A DNA stretch of 64,000 nt, taken from contig OY760175.1 of NCBI GenBank assembly GCA_963663165.1, positions 6,336,001 to 6,400,000 of the forward strand. Direction: 5' to 3'. The notes under the pieces are model-generated. The model was not told the origin of the DNA. It saw nothing but the letters and a program-made list of their open reading frames with translations, and made no database searches. Below, in pieces: positions 59,244 through 64,000 of the stretch (position 1 is the stretch's first letter; every line of letters starts with the position of its first letter). This DNA comes from an uncultured Desulfospira sp. GTDB taxonomy: Bacteria; Desulfobacterota; Desulfobacteria; Desulfobacterales; Desulfobacteraceae. The position numbers and the translations under genes are program-made.

Positions 59244-59870
59244 ATGAACATTACCTGTCCCCATTGCCAGACCAAATTAAGCATACCGGACCATAAATTC
59301 CCCAAAGACCGGGATTCATCCTTTGGCTGCCCCAAATGCTCCGGAAAAATCAAAGTTTCAGGAGGCCAGGTGGTGCCGGGCTCAAACGGAACCGCCGGCC
59401 AGGCCTTAAACAAACCTTCCGGGGCCCCCGTGTCTTCCGGGGCCGGCCAGAAAGCCTTAGTCTGCATGGGCGATGACAAGGCCAGGCAGGCTGTCCTGGA
59501 GGCCTTAAAACAGACGGGATTTTCCCCCGATGTGATGGAGAATGCGGCCCTGGCCCTTCAGGCCTTTGACTTTCATATTTATCCTATGGTCCTCATTGAC
59601 GAAGCCTTTGACCAGGGCAGCGGCCTGAACGCGCTGACCGTGTATATGAACGGGCTTGACATGTCCCTGAGAAGACGGATCTGCGCGGTTCTTTTAAGCG
59701 GAAAGGCGTCCACGGCAGACCATATGGCCGCCATGCATCAAAGTGTCAATTTTATTATCGGCCAGGACGGTCTGGACCGGCTTCCCGAGTTGATCTCAAC
59801 GGCCCGGGCCGACCATGAGAAATTTTATATTGTGTTTAACGAATCCATGAAGGCGGTGGGCAAGGCATAA
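59244..59870 (+). CDS. Zinc-ribbon protein (MJ0042-like) with degenerate receiver-like domain
   Basis: ITCPHCQT...CPKCSG; then an alpha/beta domain. Confidence 0.75.
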   Translation: MNITCPHCQTKLSIPDHKFPKDRDSSFGCPKCSGKIKVSGGQVVPGSNGTAGQALNKPSGAPVSSGAGQKALVCMGDDKARQAVLEALKQTGFSPDVMENAALALQAFDFHIYPMVLIDEAFDQGSGLNALTVYMNGLDMSLRRRICAVLLSGKASTADHMAAMHQSVNFIIGQDGLDRLPELISTARADHEKFYIVFNESMKAVGKA

Positions 59871-59876
59871 TTTTAC

Positions 59877-60752
59877 ATGGTCCGACACTGGTATGATCCC
59901 CACAGCTTTCTGGAAGGACTTAAACGCTCAGTCTCCTTTTTCAACCTAGGGATAGTGATTCTCACGGCCTTGTTTGTCTTCAGTGAGTTCCGGTTTGACT
60001 GGTGCGAAAGGCTCCTTGGGGCATATCTTCTGGCCGGCAACGATGCCAGGCAGGAAAAAGGCGCCATCTGGGAGGCCGGAAAAGAATCCCTGGATGCCTA
60101 CAAGTCCCTTTCGGGCATCATCAACCGAAGAGAGAATACCCAGAAAACCATTCGGGAGGCCGATTCATTTACCGGCCTGGTCAACGGCATCGCCCCTGAA
60201 GAATGGGTGACCATTGAAAAGGACGAATTTTTACGCCTGTTTAAGACCCTGCCGTCTTCCAGTGCCCGAAAAATCATTGACCCGGTAAGGCTGATCTGGC
60301 TGCTCAAGGCCGACATGGTGGACCGGGTGTTTTGTGAAGGGGCCCCTGACGAAGTCCAGATTTACTTTATTGATTCCCAGAACCGGGTAGTCCGCCGGAT
60401 TGATCTTGACCGGCAGAACCTGTCCGAGCTTGAAGCGGCCCCCATCCCCAAAGACGGCTCCCTGGAGCAGATGGAATCCTTTCTGGGCCGGATTTATCCG
60501 GCAGACCAGTTTTTCAAGGCCGCCTTTCAGCTTCCCAATGACATGATCACGGATTTGATTTTAGATCCGGATCTGATTCTGGAACAAAAGGGGATGATCC
60601 GCCGGGTGGGCATCTCGAACCAGGCGGAAAACGGGATGATCCGGCTGGGGTTTGAACTTGAAGACCAGGGGAAGACCAAGATTTTGTTTGTCCAGGCCCG
60701 GGAATGGGCCGTGTGGCAGCTGGGCCTTATCTTAAAGGGGGAGATTCAATGA
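59877..60752 (+). CDS. Hypothetical membrane-anchored protein
   Basis: One N-terminal TM; ATGA overlap with the PBP gene. Confidence 0.75.
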   Translation: MVRHWYDPHSFLEGLKRSVSFFNLGIVILTALFVFSEFRFDWCERLLGAYLLAGNDARQEKGAIWEAGKESLDAYKSLSGIINRRENTQKTIREADSFTGLVNGIAPEEWVTIEKDEFLRLFKTLPSSSARKIIDPVRLIWLLKADMVDRVFCEGAPDEVQIYFIDSQNRVVRRIDLDRQNLSELEAAPIPKDGSLEQMESFLGRIYPADQFFKAAFQLPNDMITDLILDPDLILEQKGMIRRVGISNQAENGMIRLGFELEDQGKTKILFVQAREWAVWQLGLILKGEIQ

Positions 60753-62734
60753 GAATTTTCCTTTTTTTGCGGCTTTTGTTTTTCAGCCTGGTGGGCCTGC
60801 TGTCCGTTGCGGTCCTTGCCGTCATGTTCCTGGTCCTTTACGTGTCCCATGACCTGCCCAAAGTGCCCCAGGATTTGAACCGGATCATTGAAATGCCCCG
60901 GACCATGGTCTACGCTTCTAACGGCCAGGTGGTCATGGTGCTTGGGGAACAAAAGTCCGTTCCGCTGTCCATGGTGTCCCGGGATTTTATCAATGCGGTG
61001 CTGGCGGTGGAAGACCATCTGTTTTTTGACCATCACGGGATCAATAAGCTGCGGACCGTTAAAGGGCTTTATGTCACCTTATTCAAGCCCGGCCGGGTGG
61101 AGGGGGCCTCAACCCTGACCCAGCAGCTGGCCAAAAACCTTTTTTTCAGCTTTGAAAAATCCTTTAAGCGAAAATTCCAGGAAATGCTCATTGCCTTCCA
61201 GATTGAGGCGGCCCACACCAAAAACGAAATCCTTGAAGCCTATGTGAATCAGATTCATTTCGGTGCCGGGGCTCAAGGGGTCGAAAAGGCATCGGAAACC
61301 TTTTTCAACAAACCGGCCGTTGATTTAACCTTGCCTGAGGCCACGCTTCTGGCGGGTCTCACCAAATCCCCCACCGCCTACAACCCCTTTAAACATTATG
61401 ACAAGGCCCTGGAACGTCGGGACATTGTTTTGAACCGCATGGCGGCTCTCGGGATGATCACCCGGGCCGAGAAAATAGAGGCCGCCCAGACCAAACCCGA
61501 ACTTTATGCCAGAAAACGCGATTCCAGAAGCGGATCGTATTTTCTGGATGCCGTGATACAGACCCTTATTGACATGTACGGGGAAACCGTGGTCTTCCAT
61601 GGGGGACTGCGGGTGTTTTCAACCCTGGATATCCGGCTTCAGGCCTATGCCGAACAATCCTTGAAAAACGGGCTGGCCAGGCTGGACGACCTCATGGGCC
61701 TTGCCGAAGATGCCCCTGTCCGTCCCCAGGGGGCCCTGGCGGCCCTGGAAACCGGGTCCGGTGCGGTCCGGGCGTTGACCGGGGGCCGGGATTATTATGA
61801 AAGCGAATTTAACCGGGCCGTCAACGGCCGGCGGCAGCCGGGTTCCGGGTTCAAACCCTTTGTCTATTATACGGCGTTCAGGGAAAAAGGGCTTCATCCG
61901 GGCAGTGTCCTGACCGATAAGCCAATCACCATCAAGGTGGTGGGCGCCCCGGACTGGGAGCCGAAAAATTTTGAAAAACGGTTTTCCGGGAACATGGTTC
62001 TCAAAATGGCCCTGACCAATTCTGTTAATACCATTGCGGCCCAGTTGGTGGAAATGACCGGTCCCAAAGCTGTGATTGAAACCGCGAAACTGTGCGGGAT
62101 TAAAAGTCCGTTAAACCCTGTGTTTTCCATTGCCCTGGGAACCTCGGGGGTCACCCCCCTGGAAATGGCATCAGGCTATTCCGTGTTTGCAGGCCTCGGG
62201 GGGCGGCATGATTCATATTTGATCCAGCGGGTGGAAGACCCATTGGGAAGAATTTTATTGGAGCATATTGTCCAGGACCGGCAGGTCCTTGAGCCGGCCC
62301 TGGCCTACCAAGTGGTGGATATGATGAAGGCCGTCATCGACTCCGGGTCGGGAAGGGCCGTCCGAAAATCCGGATTTGCCCGGGCCGCCGCCGGAAAGAC
62401 CGGCACCACAGACAATTATAACGATGCCTGGTTTACAGGGTTTACCCCGGGGCTGTGTACATCGGTCTGGACCGGTTTTGACAAACAGCAGTCCATGAGG
62501 GATAAATCCGGCCGGGGCATCACCGGGGGCAGGGGGGCAGCCCCCATCTGGGCCGAGTTCATGTCCATGGCCCTTGAGGGGGAACCGGAAAGGGATTTTC
62601 CCATCCCGGACCATATCCGTTTTGTGGCCATTGACCGGACCACGGGCTGCCTTCCGGGCCCGGAATTCAGCGAAGCGCCCGTGTCCGTGGTAACCGTTCC
62701 GTTAAAGACCGGCCAGACCGTTTGTGGAGAGTGA
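60749..62734 (+). CDS. Class A penicillin-binding protein (PBP1A family)
   Basis: EDHLFFDHHG, GASTLTQQLAKN, RKFQE; SGFK, SVN and KTG motifs. Confidence 0.95.
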   Translation: MRIFLFLRLLFFSLVGLLSVAVLAVMFLVLYVSHDLPKVPQDLNRIIEMPRTMVYASNGQVVMVLGEQKSVPLSMVSRDFINAVLAVEDHLFFDHHGINKLRTVKGLYVTLFKPGRVEGASTLTQQLAKNLFFSFEKSFKRKFQEMLIAFQIEAAHTKNEILEAYVNQIHFGAGAQGVEKASETFFNKPAVDLTLPEATLLAGLTKSPTAYNPFKHYDKALERRDIVLNRMAALGMITRAEKIEAAQTKPELYARKRDSRSGSYFLDAVIQTLIDMYGETVVFHGGLRVFSTLDIRLQAYAEQSLKNGLARLDDLMGLAEDAPVRPQGALAALETGSGAVRALTGGRDYYESEFNRAVNGRRQPGSGFKPFVYYTAFREKGLHPGSVLTDKPITIKVVGAPDWEPKNFEKRFSGNMVLKMALTNSVNTIAAQLVEMTGPKAVIETAKLCGIKSPLNPVFSIALGTSGVTPLEMASGYSVFAGLGGRHDSYLIQRVEDPLGRILLEHIVQDRQVLEPALAYQVVDMMKAVIDSGSGRAVRKSGFARAAAGKTGTTDNYNDAWFTGFTPGLCTSVWTGFDKQQSMRDKSGRGITGGRGAAPIWAEFMSMALEGEPERDFPIPDHIRFVAIDRTTGCLPGPEFSEAPVSVVTVPLKTGQTVCGE

Positions 62735-64000
62735 TGATTCGGATTCTTAGACATTTTTGCGTCAGCCTGTGGACCTCCTGCATGGTGTCCATTCCCTTGA
62801 GCCTGTACGCATTTGTCCGGCTGAACACCATTTTCTCAGGGGTGGGGCCCGGGTGGGTGGGCTGTATTTTAATCCCGGTCTGCTTTATCTTCACGGCCCT
62901 GTGCTTTGATTTAACGGGAAGGGCCATGATCAAAAGCCTGCTCAGGGAGGCGGATGTCTGGGAGCAAAGCGGGGTTTCAAAGCGGGCTGAAAACCGGTAT
63001 CTCAAAGCCCTCAGGGTTTATGACAGCTTTTTGCTCTTTCCCTTGACGGCCGGACGGATCGGCACCCTGATCGTCCATGGGCTGGCCCGGCATACACCGG
63101 AACCGGAGCTTGGGAACCAGGCCATGATCAATGAGGTTCTGTTCTGGTATCTGTGCCGGCACCCCAAAGATGAACTGGTGGCCGAAGTCTGGCTTTCCCG
63201 GCTCCGGAATTACCCCAAAAAGATCCAGGGCCGTAAAGTATCGGGCCTGCTCACTGATCTGGCTGAACTATACCATTCTCATAAAACCATCCGCCCCCTG
63301 CTGGCCGGTGCCTTTCTGGTGTCCGGCAGGACAGACTATCCGGCCCGCAAGGTATTGGCCAATATCCTGAAAGACCCGAACCTGAAATCGGAATACCGGG
63401 AAAAGATTGAACGCTTGACCGGGACCGGAAAGACGGACCCGGACGGACTTAAGACATCAGACCCGGCCGGCGCCATGACGTTGGGCGAGTATGCCGGTCT
63501 TTCTTCGGAATTTGAAGACGGGCCCGGCCCCATACGACCATCGGATCACTCCCAGAGAACCGGTCTGTTTACAGGCCTTGCCGCTGTTGCCGCCGGGGGA
63601 GCTGCCCTGGTGTTGACCCTCTTGAGAATTGTGTTTGTCTTTATTTTGTGGGGGTCTATTGCATGGATGGGAAAAACCCTGGCCCGCCTGTACTCAGTCG
63701 CGGCAGACCTTATCCGGGGCAGCGAAAACCTAGGCCGGATTTTGCGGATATCCATTGTAAGCCTTGTGCTGATCGCCCTTTCCGCCTTTATCGTGAATAC
63801 GGTCTCCCACGTTCAGACCCCGTCGGTCCCCCCCCAGGAACTCAAGCCCGTTGAAGTCGAGATCCCCAAACCCTTTACCATACAGGTGGCGGCTTATCTT
63901 AAACAGGCCCATGCCGACCGGTTTGTGGCGACGTTGAAAAAAGAGGACATTCCGGCTCAGGTCAAACTGATCCCCGGCGGCGGAAAAACCTGGTATGTGG
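62734..64000 (+). CDS. Membrane protein with C-terminal SPOR domain; 3' end runs off the window
   Basis: Not in the ORF track. MIRILRHFCVSLW... is in frame with PFTIQVAAYLKQAHADRFVATLKK...GKTWYV at the window end. Only the two ends were translated by hand. Confidence 0.8.
   Translation, partial: MIRILRHFCVSLWTSCMVSIPLSLYAFVRLNTIFSGVGPGWVGCILIPVCFIFTALCFDLTGRAMIKSLLREADVWEQSGVSKRAENRYLKALRVYDSFLLFPLTAGRIGTLIVHGLARHTPEPELGNQAMINEVLFWYLCRHPKDELVAEVWLSRLRNYPKKIQGRKVSGLLTDLAELYHSHKTIRPLLAGAFLVSGRTDYPARKVLANILKDPNLKSEYREKIERLTGTGKTDPDGLKTSDPAGAMTLGEYAGLSSEFEDGPGPIRPSDHSQRTGLFTGLAAVAAGGAALVLTLLRIVFVFILWGSIAWMGKTLARLYSVAADLIRGSENLGRILRISIVSLVLIALSAFIVNTVSHVQTPSVPPQELKPVEVEIPKPFTIQVAAYLKQAHADRFVATLKKEDIPAQVKLIPGGGKTWYV

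Overview
Chromosomal window from a sulfate-reducing deltaproteobacterium, most likely Desulfobacteraceae (inferred from the dapA-TPR-dsrABD-dsrN gene order, tetrahaem cytochrome c3 and PEP-CTERM genes). Most of it is core or near-core metabolism: prx/tpx, metK-ahcY with a divergent adenosine kinase, galU, dapA, dsrABD-dsrN-panC, tatBC, an RhlB-like helicase, yggT-divIVA, two pilT-family genes, PBP1A and a SPOR protein. The left ~2.3 kb is an AT-richer accessory edge: an HTH-Fic gene behind a perfect 32-bp inverted repeat, and a decayed group II intron reverse transcriptase. Main leads: (1) a 91-bp hairpin mini-element that cleanly interrupts the RT reading frame, which fixes its ends and points to tetranucleotide-targeted insertion with no clear target duplication; (2) a 146-bp palindromic element in three copies with compensatory stem changes; (3) a two-gene operon of a motif-degenerate acyl-CoA synthetase and a butyrate kinase-phosphotransbutyrylase fusion whose kinase half lacks the conserved GRGG arginine; (4) a 1577-aa protein with six AMIN domains and a probable outer-membrane barrel behind a sigma-54 promoter; (5) a FapA with MshEN-like repeats; (6) an EndoQ-UvrD fusion with beta-clamp motifs. 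No rRNA, tRNA or CRISPR array was recognised. All calls come from reading motifs by eye; no searches were run.
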